Assembly (NCBI GenBank): GCA_964478915.1
Contig: CAYZKG010000004.1
Span: forward strand, 1 to 42,326
DNA from: an uncultured Nitrospira sp.
Lineage (GTDB): Bacteria; Nitrospirota; Nitrospiria; Nitrospirales; Nitrospiraceae
Length of the DNA stretch: 42,326 nucleotides
Direction of reading: 5' to 3'
Position 1 is the stretch's first letter, and each line of letters begins with the position of its first letter. The notes under the pieces are model-generated. The model saw only the letters and a program-made list of their open reading frames with translations. It did no database searches and was not told the DNA's origin. Shown in pieces: positions 15,294 to 24,566 of the stretch. The position numbers were made by a program, and so were the translations under genes.

Positions 15294-16868
15294 TCACAAC
15301 GGTGTACTTCGCATGGTGCGGATCAGCTCGAGGTCGGCGGTAAACAGGTTCCGGATGTCATGGATGCCGAGGGCGATCATCGCCATGCGATCGAGGCCCA
15401 GTCCCCAGGCGATGACCGGCACATCGACGCCGAGCGGCAGGGTCACTTCCGGCCGAAGCAGCCCCGCGCCACCGAGCTCCATCCAGCCCAAGCGTGGGTG
15501 CCGGACATGGACCTCGACGGACGGCTCGGTGAATGGAAAGTAGGCCGGAGTGAAGCGGCTTTCCTGGGCCTGTGCCACCTCGCGCGCGAACAGCTCCAGG
15601 AGGCCCAGCAGAGTCCGAAAGTTGATATCCGCCCCCAGGACGATTCCTTCCACCTGAAAGAAGTCCGTGGCGTGCGTGGCATCCACCTGGTCGTACCGGA
15701 AGCAGCGGGCGATCGAGAAATATTTGCCCGGGATGGACGGTTTCGCGGCCAGCGTGCGAGCGGACACCGCCGTGCCCTGACTGCGCAGTACCAGTCGGTG
15801 GGCGCGGTCGCGATCGTAGTCATACCCCCACCCCGTGGAGCCGGTCTTCCAGCCATCCCGATGCACGGCGGCGACTTGAGACAGCAACAGGCTGGCCGTG
15901 CCGCGGCCATGCGTCGGGTCCTTGACGAAATACACGTCATGGATCGCGCGAGCCGGGTGGAACTGGGGCATATACAGCGCGTCCATGTTCCAAAACTCGG
16001 TTTCGACGAGAGGCCCGCGCATCTCCTGGAACCCCGTGCTTACGAGCTTCCACTTGACGCCGTCGAGAAACTCCCGGTAGGCGTGGCGCTTGCCGACCGC
16101 CATCCGGGGAGGGCGCAAGCTGATGGTGTATTTTCGGAACCGTTTGCCGCGCCAGGCTCCGTCCTTCAGCAACTCGGGGGTCAGTTGAGAGACTTCCGCT
16201 TTGCCGCCTTCCTGTAAGAGCGCTTGAGCGGCCTGCCCTTGCGGGGTCAGCGTGTACCAGCGCTCGATCCGGTCGTCGATGCGAAACGGCTCATGGGTCC
16301 TACCCCGTTTCACCGCATGCTGCTTGATGATCAGCCGCATCGGCTCCTGAAAGGACGCCAGCTCGCGCGGCCCTGCGCGGAGGAATTGAAACAGGGTCCG
16401 CAGGGATTCCGCGACCCGGCTTGGCGTCCCGGTGGCTTCGACATAGCCGCCCGGGACGATCCGGATGGCGCCTTCCTGCTTCAACGCGCCGATGGCCCCG
16501 CTGATCTCCGCGGGGTCCAGCTTCTCGCGCGCCTGGATATCCTGGATCGTCAACCGCCGTTCGGTCTCGCGGGCCTCCCGCAGCGCGGACAGGATGCGCT
16601 CGACCGGCGCGTATTTCTCGAAATATTGCTTGCCCACGTCGGTCAGCGACACGATGGAGGTGACGGTCTCCTGCTGCACGCTGATGAGGGACTTGGTCAA
16701 CAGCCACCCGATGGCCATGCTGACCTGCGACGGCTCGAGGCCGGCATGCCGGGCGATCTCGTCTTCCCGGAGAGAGCCGGCCGGGGCGTGCGGCTGGTGC
16801 TGGGTCAGGGCCGTGAGGACCTTGATCTCCAGCGGATGCAGGCTTTCGATGAGGGTCGTGTCGCTCAC
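15294..16868 (-). CDS. pheS: Phenylalanyl-tRNA synthetase alpha subunit, archaeal/eukaryal type
   Basis: 524 aa, against roughly 340 aa for the bacterial type. It has a long N-terminal winged-helix-like region, then the class II core (FHPARAIHDVYF, GKYFSIARCFRYD, FFQVEGIV, FPFTEPS, GLGLDRMAM). The GTG start forms a GTGA overlap with the rpe stop. Confidence 0.88.
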   Translation of the reverse strand: MSDTTLIESLHPLEIKVLTALTQHQPHAPAGSLREDEIARHAGLEPSQVSMAIGWLLTKSLISVQQETVTSIVSLTDVGKQYFEKYAPVERILSALREARETERRLTIQDIQAREKLDPAEISGAIGALKQEGAIRIVPGGYVEATGTPSRVAESLRTLFQFLRAGPRELASFQEPMRLIIKQHAVKRGRTHEPFRIDDRIERWYTLTPQGQAAQALLQEGGKAEVSQLTPELLKDGAWRGKRFRKYTISLRPPRMAVGKRHAYREFLDGVKWKLVSTGFQEMRGPLVETEFWNMDALYMPQFHPARAIHDVYFVKDPTHGRGTASLLLSQVAAVHRDGWKTGSTGWGYDYDRDRAHRLVLRSQGTAVSARTLAAKPSIPGKYFSIARCFRYDQVDATHATDFFQVEGIVLGADINFRTLLGLLELFAREVAQAQESRFTPAYFPFTEPSVEVHVRHPRLGWMELGGAGLLRPEVTLPLGVDVPVIAWGLGLDRMAMIALGIHDIRNLFTADLELIRTMRSTPL

Positions 16869-17566
16869 CGGGCCCCTTTTCGCCGACTGTCGTGGCGCTT
16901 CGACTGCCCGCTGCGGCGCATCGCGCGGATCGTCGCCCCGTAATCAGAGCTCGAGAAAATCGCCGAGCCGGCCACCAGAATATCGGCGCCGGCCTTGACG
17001 ATCCGAAAAGCGTTGTCCACTTTGACGCCCCCGTCCACCTCCAACGCGGCATGACTGCGCGCCTGGTCGATGAGCCGGCGGGCGCGGGCGATCTTCTGCA
17101 GGCTGCCGGGGATGAACTGCTGTCCGCCGAATCCCGGATTCACGGACATCACCAGGAGAAGATCGACGTCCGGCAGAATCTCCTCGACGGTGCTCAGGGG
17201 CGTGGCCGGGTTGAGCGTGACCCCCGCCTTCACGCCGCGCTCCTTGATGAATTGAACGGTGCGATGGAGGTGCGGGCAGGTCTCGACATGCACGGTGAGA
17301 TAGTTCGCGCCGGCATCGGCAAACTCGGGAATGTAGGCGTCAGGATTGGTCATCATCAGGTGCACATCCAGCGGCAGCTTGGTGACCTTGCGGAGTGCCT
17401 CCACGATCGGCGGGCCGACGGTCAGGTTCGGGACGAAGTGTCCATCCATCACATCCACGTGCAGCATGTCGGCGCCGCCCATTTCGACGCGCAGGACTTC
17501 ATCAGCGAGCCGCGCGAAGTCGGCAGACAGGATGGAGGGAGCGATGCGCAGGCCCTGGCGAGTCAC
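16865..17566 (-). CDS. rpe: Ribulose-phosphate 3-epimerase
   Basis: 233 aa. IAPSILSADFARLADEV...GADMLHVDVMDGHFVPNLT...DVHLM...VMSVNPGFGGQ.F...EVDGG. Confidence 0.93.
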   Translation of the reverse strand: MTRQGLRIAPSILSADFARLADEVLRVEMGGADMLHVDVMDGHFVPNLTVGPPIVEALRKVTKLPLDVHLMMTNPDAYIPEFADAGANYLTVHVETCPHLHRTVQFIKERGVKAGVTLNPATPLSTVEEILPDVDLLLVMSVNPGFGGQQFIPGSLQKIARARRLIDQARSHAALEVDGGVKVDNAFRIVKAGADILVAGSAIFSSSDYGATIRAMRRSGQSKRHDSRRKGAR

Positions 17567-17604
17567 GGGTTCTCAGCCTTCATGTGGCACCTCTGTCGAG
17601 TTGG

Positions 17605-19056
17605 TCACTCATCACCGTCGCTCTTCCGGAGACGGGCCGCGAAGAATCCATCCATCGACTGGGTGTTGAAGAGGGTGGAGAAGTCTCCCTGGGCGTTGAG
17701 GAGACCGCGCCCGGCTTGCGGGAGCCGTGGGGCGAGGGTTTCGCGCCGAAACTCCGGATGCTCCGCGCAAAACCTTTGAATCACGAGTTCATTTTCGTCG
17801 GGCTCAGTCGAGCAGGTACTATAGACGATCACGCCGCCGGGTCGCAAGAGCCGCGAGGTCCTCCCCAGGAGACGGAGCTGCACGGCCTGGTGACGGGCAA
17901 GCGCGACGGGGCCCTTCCTCCATTTTGCGTCAGGATGCCGCCGGAGCACGCCCAGCCCGCTGCATGGCGCATCGACCAGGATGCGATCAAAGCGGCGGGA
18001 GGGCTCGAGGCCCAAGGCCCCGGGCTCGAGGTCGCCCGCATCCGCCGACACCGGCCTGATGATCCGTACCCCGAGGCGACGGCAGTTGTCTTCTAAAAGT
18101 TTCAGGCGCTGCGCGCTCCGGTCCACCGCCACGAGCTCACCGCGGTTCTCCATGAGTGCAGCCAAATGGGTGGCTTTACCGCCTGGAGCCGCACAGGCGT
18201 CCAGCACGAGCTCCCCGGGTTTCGGGTCGAGGAGAACGGCGATCAGCTGGGCCGCCTCATCCTCGACGTAGAACCACCCTTCTTGAAATTGCGGCAACTC
18301 GGTCACAGCCCCGCTCTTTTCCACGATCAACCCCGCCGGGCTGATCGTGGTCGGCGCCACGTCCAGCCCTGCGCGGATGAGGTCGGCGGCCAGCGCGTCC
18401 CGTGAGACCCGTAGCGTATTGCAGCGGATCGTCAGCGGAGGGATTTCCAGCGTTGCGCGGCACAGCGCCTCGGCCTTCTCGTACCCGTGGCGCTCCAGCC
18501 ACCGGCCGACCAGCCAAGGCGGACAGGCATATCGGATGGACAGCGCCTGCACCGGATCGTCGGCCGGATCAGGCCAGGGGGCAACGGGCAGGCGGAGCAA
18601 ACCGCGCAGGACGGCATTGACAAAGTCACCCCAGTCGCCAGCAGGGCCGCGGCGGATCCGTTTGCCCAGTTTGACCGATTCGTTGACCGCCGCGGAGGGC
18701 GGAATCTTCGCGAGATACAGCAGTTGATAGGCGCCCACTCTTAGGGCTTGTCGCACCGCCAGCGGGAGCCGGTCCAGCGGGCGAGCGGCCACCTGCGCAA
18801 GCCGCCAGTCCAGCGTCAATCGATGGCGGAGCACGCCGTACACCAGTTCCATGACCTGCGCCCGATCCCGGCGGTCCAGACCCGCTCGGGCGGTGCGGTG
18901 GTCCACCGCAAGCTCCGCTTCGGCCCCGTGCCGCTCAACGTCGAGCAAGGTGGCAAGCGCGGTGGCGCGCGGTCCTGCCGCCCGCTGGGCCGTGCCGGCG
19001 GAGCGTGCTGCCATGGTGCCGGCTTTAGCCATCTGCCGAAGCTCCCGGTACGGCAT
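17605..19056 (-). CDS. rsmB: 16S rRNA (cytosine967-C5)-methyltransferase RsmB/Sun
   Basis: 483-aa ORF with an N-terminal NusB-like domain and a C-terminal SAM-MTase (VLDACAAPGGKATHLA, DRILVDAPCSGLGVLRRHPD, GGVIVYSTCS). The start may instead be an internal Met at 19032 or 19014, because 19056 overlaps fmt by 32 nt. Confidence 0.88.
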   Translation of the reverse strand: MPYRELRQMAKAGTMAARSAGTAQRAAGPRATALATLLDVERHGAEAELAVDHRTARAGLDRRDRAQVMELVYGVLRHRLTLDWRLAQVAARPLDRLPLAVRQALRVGAYQLLYLAKIPPSAAVNESVKLGKRIRRGPAGDWGDFVNAVLRGLLRLPVAPWPDPADDPVQALSIRYACPPWLVGRWLERHGYEKAEALCRATLEIPPLTIRCNTLRVSRDALAADLIRAGLDVAPTTISPAGLIVEKSGAVTELPQFQEGWFYVEDEAAQLIAVLLDPKPGELVLDACAAPGGKATHLAALMENRGELVAVDRSAQRLKLLEDNCRRLGVRIIRPVSADAGDLEPGALGLEPSRRFDRILVDAPCSGLGVLRRHPDAKWRKGPVALARHQAVQLRLLGRTSRLLRPGGVIVYSTCSTEPDENELVIQRFCAEHPEFRRETLAPRLPQAGRGLLNAQGDFSTLFNTQSMDGFFAARLRKSDGDE

Positions 19057-19999
19057 CGGAGCGCGGAGAAGCCAGAACTGTCCCGACCTGCACCGGATGG
19101 CCGGCCAAGTACTGCGCGACCGTCATGCGGCGACTGTTCGCCGGCTGGACCTCGGTGACCGCCAGCAGGTCGGTTCCCGTGGCCACGAGCACGGCTTCTT
19201 TGCCCACCTCCACGATCGTCCCGGGTTGGTGTCCCTGAGCGGACCGGTGGGTCCGCAGGGCGCGCCAGATCAGCCACCGGTCCTGGCCCATGAAGGTGTA
19301 GGCTCCGGGCCAGGGCGTCAAGCCTCGTATTCGATTGGCAATGGCGGACGCCCCAAGGGCCCAGTCGATCACTCCATCTTCTTTCTTCAGGAGCGGCGCC
19401 AAGGTGGCCTGGGTGTGGTCCTGAGGCTTCGGCGTGACCGTCCCGGCGTTCAGCTCCTGGATGGTCGCCAGCAGGAGTCGTCCTCCGACTACGGCCAGAC
19501 GGGTTGACAGCACGCCGGCAGTCTCCTCCGGTTGGATGGCTACGCGTTCTTGGAGCAGGATCGGTCCGGTGTCCATGCCGGCATCCATCAGCATGGTGGT
19601 GACGCCGGTCTCCTGCTCTCCGTTGATGAGGGCCCATTGGATCGGAGCGGCGCCTCGATATTTGGGCAGGAGTGAAGCGTGAACATTGACGCACCCCTGC
19701 GGGGGGAGCTCGAGAATCATGGTCGGCAGGATGCGCCCGAAGGCCGCCACCGCAATGAGTTCAGGCTTCCAGTTCCGGAGCGCTTCAAGAAAGGCGGGAT
19801 CTTTCATCTTGAGCGGCTGGAGCACCGGAAGTCCCACGCGCTGGCAGAGCCGTTTGACGGGGGAAGCCACGACGGACCGTCCTCGACCCTTGGGACGGTC
19901 CGGCTGCGTGACGACGCCCACCACGGTCTCCTCGGACTGGAGGAGAGACTCCAGGGACGGGACCGCAAAATCCGGAGTTCCCATGAAAACGAGGCGCAT
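19025..19999 (-). CDS. fmt: Methionyl-tRNA formyltransferase
   Basis: MRLVFMGTPDFAVPSLESLL...VVTQPDRPKGRG...NVHASLLPKYRGAAPIQWALINGE. The start is taken at this conserved Met. The track ORF begins 12 codons upstream at a TTG. Confidence 0.92.
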   Translation of the reverse strand: MRLVFMGTPDFAVPSLESLLQSEETVVGVVTQPDRPKGRGRSVVASPVKRLCQRVGLPVLQPLKMKDPAFLEALRNWKPELIAVAAFGRILPTMILELPPQGCVNVHASLLPKYRGAAPIQWALINGEQETGVTTMLMDAGMDTGPILLQERVAIQPEETAGVLSTRLAVVGGRLLLATIQELNAGTVTPKPQDHTQATLAPLLKKEDGVIDWALGASAIANRIRGLTPWPGAYTFMGQDRWLIWRALRTHRSAQGHQPGTIVEVGKEAVLVATGTDLLAVTEVQPANSRRMTVAQYLAGHPVQVGTVLASPRSDAVPGASADG

Positions 20000-20103
20000 G
20001 CCGATTGCTCTACCACCCCTTCCGTGAGAAATCAACCGAGCGGGCCGACGGTATTTTTCAGGTTTCCTTGACTGGATAGAAACTCCTCATTAGAGTTCAC
20101 ACG

Positions 20104-23100
20104 TTGGCTCACCAGAGGGCTCCCGTGCGACGATCGAAATCGCATCCTCGTGCGCCCTACGCCTGGCTGCAACTCCTCATCATCGTGATGACGCTGGTGG
20201 CCCTCGGAACGGGCGCCGTGGCGCTTCACTACGTCGAAACTCACCTCGTGGCCAGGACAGGCGAGACACTCGCGCTCGCTGCCGCCCAGGTCGCCGACAA
20301 GCTGGATCAATACTTGAACGACCGGTACGGCGATGTTCTGGTCGCCGCCAGCTCGCCGGCCCTTCAAGGCCGGGACCCATCCGCCATGGCTCTGTACCTC
20401 AGGGTGATGAAGGAGGCTCATCCGGCCTACCTGTGGGTGGGGGTGACCGACGCGCGCGGAAGGATCGTGGCGGCAACCGACAGGGCCAGCGTGGGGCAGG
20501 ACCGGCGGCAGGGCCGGTGGTTTCAGGCGGTTCGCGAGAGCCGGCAGGGCAGGATTGACGACCCGGAGCCCTGGAAGGAGGCGGGCGGGATACCGGTTGT
20601 CGGCTTTACCGCGCCGATTCTGGACCGGCGAGGAAGCTTGGCGGGGCTGATCAGCGCACGCGCCGGTCTTCCGGCCATCGAAGAGATTCTGACCGGCAGT
20701 ATCCGAACGTTCCAGGCGCAACGGGGCTTCCCCGGGAAGGTGGAGTACCAGTTCCTCACGCGCAACGGCGAGGCCTTTATCGATTCGGTTCTCGACCAGA
20801 AGGGCGCTGTGAACCTCAAGCGCCTCGGATTGCCTTCCGCGATCCTCAGCGAGTCCGGGGGGCCCGGGTATGTCGAAGAGCAGCACCTCCGCCGGCATGT
20901 CCCCGTGATCACGGGGTACAGTCAAACCAGGGGATCCGGCCGGTATCCTGAGCTGGCTTGGACCGTCCTGCTGCGCGTCGATCGAAGCGACGTCCTGATT
21001 CCTATCCGGAGCGTGCTGGTGAAGCTCGGGCTGGCGGGAGGCCTGGCGTTCATCCCGATGCTGGGATTGCTGCTCTGGAGCACCGGTAAGCTGCGGATGG
21101 CATGGCTCAAGACCCAAGAGAGCGAGCGGAAATTCGCCCAGCTCGTCCATGACTCCCCCGACGCCCTCGTTTCCTTGGATCTGCGCGGCAACATCCAGCT
21201 GTTCAACCCGGCGGCCGAGCGCTATTCCGGCTATACCGCCGAGGAAGTACTCGGCAAGCACTTTGCCAGCGTGGGCCTCTTGAGTCCGGACTCCCGGAGC
21301 AAGGCGCTCCAGGAGTTCGAGCGTGTGGTCACCGGAGAAGCGCGGCCACCCTTCGAACTGCAGATCGTGTGCAAGGACGAAAGCCGGCTCATCGGAGAAG
21401 CCCACCCCAGTCGCCTCAAGCAAGACGGTGATGTCATCGGCTTGCAGGTGGTGATCCGCGACATCACCGAGCGGAAACTGGCGGAGGACAGGCTCAGACA
21501 GAGCGAAGAGCGATTCCGGTTCATGGCCGACCACGCGCCGGTGCTGATCTGGATGACCGGCCCGAATGGCCAATGCATGTTCGTGAACAAGCCCTGGCTC
21601 GATTTCACGGGGCGCACGCTGCAGGAGGAGCGCGGGAGGGGCTGGACCGAGAGGATGCATCCTCAAGACTCCGTGGTGTGCTTCGGGATGTACCAGTCCG
21701 CGCTCCAGGCCAGGCGGCCCTTTACGATGGAGTATCGGTTGCGGCGAGCCGACGGGGAGTATCGATGGATGTTACACACGGGTGTTCCCTTGTTCACGTC
21801 GGGCGGGTGGTTCACCGGCTATATCGGCTCCTGCGTTGATGTCACGGACCGCAGACGCGCGGAGCAGGAGATCAGGGAGGCCCAAACCTTCCTGCAGTCC
21901 ATCGTCGAGAACATCCCGGACATGATCTTCGTGAAGGATGCCGCAGAGCTCAAATTCGTGCGCTTCAACAAAGCCGGGGAGGAGTTGCTGGGCTACTCCC
22001 GACAAGAGCTGATCGGCAAGTCCGACTATGACTTTTTCCCCAGGGAGCAGGCCGACTTCTTCGTGTCCAAGGACCGGGAAGTGCTACAGGGTGAAGGAGT
22101 CCTGGACATCCCGGAGGAGCCCATTCAGACCCGGTACAAGGGCGAACGGTTGTTGCACACGAAGAAGATCCCGATCCTGGACGACAAGGGGGACCCTGCG
22201 TTCTTACTGGGTATCGCCGAAGACATTACCGACCGGAAGCAAACAGAAGAGAAATTTCGAGGGATCTTCGACGCCTCTGGGGACGGGATCGGGTACGCCA
22301 CGTTGGACGGCGTGCTGCTCGATGTGAACGAGGCCTTCTGCCGGCTCACCGGCTATTCCAGACAGGAGCTGCTGGACGGGCGAAGCTACCAGGCCATCAC
22401 AGCCCCCGAGTATCACGAGCTCGAAGCGCGCCGCGTCCAGGAACTCCTCAGAACCAGATCGCCTGTTGTCTATGAGAAGGAGTACATCCGAAAGGACGGC
22501 AGTCGCGTGCCGGTCGCGCTGACGGTCTTCGTCGTGAAGGGAACGCGAGGGAAGCCGGACGCCTTGGCGGCTGTCGTGAAGGATGTGACCGAGCGCAAGC
22601 GCGCGGAAGAGACACTCCGGCAAAGCGAGGAGCGGTTCCGGCAGCTTGCCGAGAATGTTGAAGACGTCTTCTGGATTACGTCGCCGGATTTTCAAGAGGT
22701 TCTCTACGTCAGCCCGGCTTATGAAAAGGTCTGGGGCCGCCCCTGCCAGAGCCTCTATCAATCGGCGTTGGCCTGGGCGGAGGCCATCCATCCTGAAGAT
22801 CGGCCCAGAGTGCTCGCGGCCCTCGACAAGAGCGTCGCGCAAGCAGCGGTTTTCGAGGAAGAGTACCGTATCGTGCTCCCTGACGGCTCGATGCGCTGGA
22901 TCAGCGATCGTGGCTCGCCCGTACGCGACGAGCGTGAAGTCGTCAGGCGTTTCGTCGGTGTCGCTCGCGACATCACCGAACGAAAGCGGTTTCAGGAGCG
23001 CATGCAGCACATGGCCACCCATGATGAATTGACCGGCTTGCCGAACCGCCGGCTGTTCGTGGATCGCCTGGAGCGCGCGCTGGCGCAGGCCCGGCGCCGG

Positions 23101-24312
23101 CAGCAAAAACTGGTTGTGCTGCTTCTGGACCTGGACCGGTTCAAATACGTGAACGATACGTTCGGCCACGCGATGGGGGATCTCCTGCTGCACGGCCTGG
23201 CCGACCGGCTGAAAGAGTGCATTCGGGAAAGCGATACCGTGGCCCGGATGGGCGGCGATGAGTTTGCCGTGCTGTTGCCGGAGATCGCCCACGAGGAGGA
23301 CGCCGCCAAGATCGCGCAAAAAATCCTGGAGATCTTCACCGAACCCTGCGATCTCGGGGGCAACAAGGTGGTTATCACCACCAGCATCGGACTGAGCCTG
23401 TACCCGGAAGACGGCAGCGACGGAGAGATCCTGATGAAAAACGCCGACGCCGCGCTGTATCGGGCCAAAGAGCAGGGACGAAACAATTATCAATTCTGGA
23501 CTGCTGATCTGAAGCTCCGGTCAACGGAGCGGCTGGTCATGGAAAACCGCCTGCGGGTCGCCTTGGATCACGAGGAGTTCGCGCTCCATTACCAGCCTCA
23601 GGTGGACCCCCGCACCGGGCGGATCGTCGGCTTGGAAACACTGCTCCGCTGGCGCCATCCGGACAAAGGGCTGTTGCCGCCCGCGGCCTTTATCGGCTTG
23701 GCCGAAGAGACAGGCCTGATCGTGCCGATCGGCGCCTGGGTGCTCCAGACAGCTTGCGCTCAGGCGAAGGCCTGGCAAGAGCGGGGGCATCCGCCGGTGC
23801 GAATCGGGGTCAACTTGTCGCCCAAACAGTTTCGCTACCACGATCTTGTGAAGCAGATCAGCACGATTCTGACCGATACCGGCCTGGAGCCACGGTGGTT
23901 GAATCTGGAGATCACGGAAACCCTGGCCATGCACGATGTCGAGGCCACCGCCGAGACCCTCCGGGCCCTGGCCGCGCTGGGAGTCCAGATCTCGATTGAC
24001 GACTTCGGGACCGGCTATGCCTCGATGGGATACATGAAGCGCTTCCCTATCGATGTGTTGAAGATCGACCAGTCCTTCGTGAAGGAGATGACCACCGGTT
24101 CGGAGAATGCCGCGTTCGTCCCGGCAATCATCGCCATGGCCCACTCCCTGAAACTCAACGTGATCGCAGAAGGGGTCGAGTCAAACGAGCAGCTCTCCCT
24201 GCTGCAGTCGCACGATTGCGAAGGGATACAGGGGTATCTGTTCAGCCGTCCCGTGCCGGCCGAGGAATGCGAGCGGCTGCTGGCCGCGGGTAAACTCACG
24301 TCGCCTTCCTGA
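20104..24312 (+). CDS. Membrane-bound multi-PAS GGDEF/EAL signalling protein (putative c-di-GMP cyclase/phosphodiesterase)
   Basis: 1402 aa. Layout: TM helix (aa ~20-42), a ~260-aa extracytoplasmic sensor region, a second TM (aa ~300-325), about five PAS/PAC units, a GGDEF domain (RESD I-site plus GGDEF) and an EAL domain (ETLLRW, NLSPKQF, EITE, DDFGTGYAS, KIDQSFV, EGVE, QGYLFSRP). The start is TTG at 20104, or possibly GTG at 20125. Confidence 0.9.
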   Translation: MAHQRAPVRRSKSHPRAPYAWLQLLIIVMTLVALGTGAVALHYVETHLVARTGETLALAAAQVADKLDQYLNDRYGDVLVAASSPALQGRDPSAMALYLRVMKEAHPAYLWVGVTDARGRIVAATDRASVGQDRRQGRWFQAVRESRQGRIDDPEPWKEAGGIPVVGFTAPILDRRGSLAGLISARAGLPAIEEILTGSIRTFQAQRGFPGKVEYQFLTRNGEAFIDSVLDQKGAVNLKRLGLPSAILSESGGPGYVEEQHLRRHVPVITGYSQTRGSGRYPELAWTVLLRVDRSDVLIPIRSVLVKLGLAGGLAFIPMLGLLLWSTGKLRMAWLKTQESERKFAQLVHDSPDALVSLDLRGNIQLFNPAAERYSGYTAEEVLGKHFASVGLLSPDSRSKALQEFERVVTGEARPPFELQIVCKDESRLIGEAHPSRLKQDGDVIGLQVVIRDITERKLAEDRLRQSEERFRFMADHAPVLIWMTGPNGQCMFVNKPWLDFTGRTLQEERGRGWTERMHPQDSVVCFGMYQSALQARRPFTMEYRLRRADGEYRWMLHTGVPLFTSGGWFTGYIGSCVDVTDRRRAEQEIREAQTFLQSIVENIPDMIFVKDAAELKFVRFNKAGEELLGYSRQELIGKSDYDFFPREQADFFVSKDREVLQGEGVLDIPEEPIQTRYKGERLLHTKKIPILDDKGDPAFLLGIAEDITDRKQTEEKFRGIFDASGDGIGYATLDGVLLDVNEAFCRLTGYSRQELLDGRSYQAITAPEYHELEARRVQELLRTRSPVVYEKEYIRKDGSRVPVALTVFVVKGTRGKPDALAAVVKDVTERKRAEETLRQSEERFRQLAENVEDVFWITSPDFQEVLYVSPAYEKVWGRPCQSLYQSALAWAEAIHPEDRPRVLAALDKSVAQAAVFEEEYRIVLPDGSMRWISDRGSPVRDEREVVRRFVGVARDITERKRFQERMQHMATHDELTGLPNRRLFVDRLERALAQARRRQQKLVVLLLDLDRFKYVNDTFGHAMGDLLLHGLADRLKECIRESDTVARMGGDEFAVLLPEIAHEEDAAKIAQKILEIFTEPCDLGGNKVVITTSIGLSLYPEDGSDGEILMKNADAALYRAKEQGRNNYQFWTADLKLRSTERLVMENRLRVALDHEEFALHYQPQVDPRTGRIVGLETLLRWRHPDKGLLPPAAFIGLAEETGLIVPIGAWVLQTACAQAKAWQERGHPPVRIGVNLSPKQFRYHDLVKQISTILTDTGLEPRWLNLEITETLAMHDVEATAETLRALAALGVQISIDDFGTGYASMGYMKRFPIDVLKIDQSFVKEMTTGSENAAFVPAIIAMAHSLKLNVIAEGVESNEQLSLLQSHDCEGIQGYLFSRPVPAEECERLLAAGKLTSPS

Positions 24313-24477
24313 TCGGCCGAGAAGGCAGCCTGAGGCGGCATCGGCTTGCGCCGCGCGCTCCCCCTCCTTATCCAGAACGATCAAGACCCGGGACCGGACG
24401 CGCCTTCGCGATGCGGAAGCCCGTCTCCGCCAAGGAAGATGGGCTGCCGGCGCTGCCAGCCAGCGACGATTTCGCCG

Positions 24478-24506
24478 TGCAAATGGATGCCCTAATCTCG
24501 TACAAT
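24478..24506 (+). promoter_or_regulatory. Candidate promoter of the HEAT-repeat gene
   Basis: TGCAAA (24478-24483), a 17-nt spacer, then TACAAT (24501-24506), about 60 nt upstream of the ATG at 24567. Confidence 0.3.
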
Positions 24507-24566
24507 TTAACGTCATCTCTTGCTCAGGAGCTTCGTTCATCGCTCATATTTGGTTAGGAGGCTTCC

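Noticed and set aside
20032-23493. Minus-strand ORFs of 544 aa (20032-21666) and 429 aa (22204-23493) inside the PAS-GGDEF-EAL gene
   Set aside because: The plus-strand frame carries contiguous PAS, GGDEF and EAL motifs over 1402 aa, whereas the antisense products have no motifs.
24181-24540. 119-aa minus-strand ORF in and after the 3' end of the sensor gene
   Set aside because: It overlaps the EAL-domain coding region in antisense, has no SD and is Arg-rich. The region is better explained as a 3' UTR plus the promoter of the HEAT-repeat gene.
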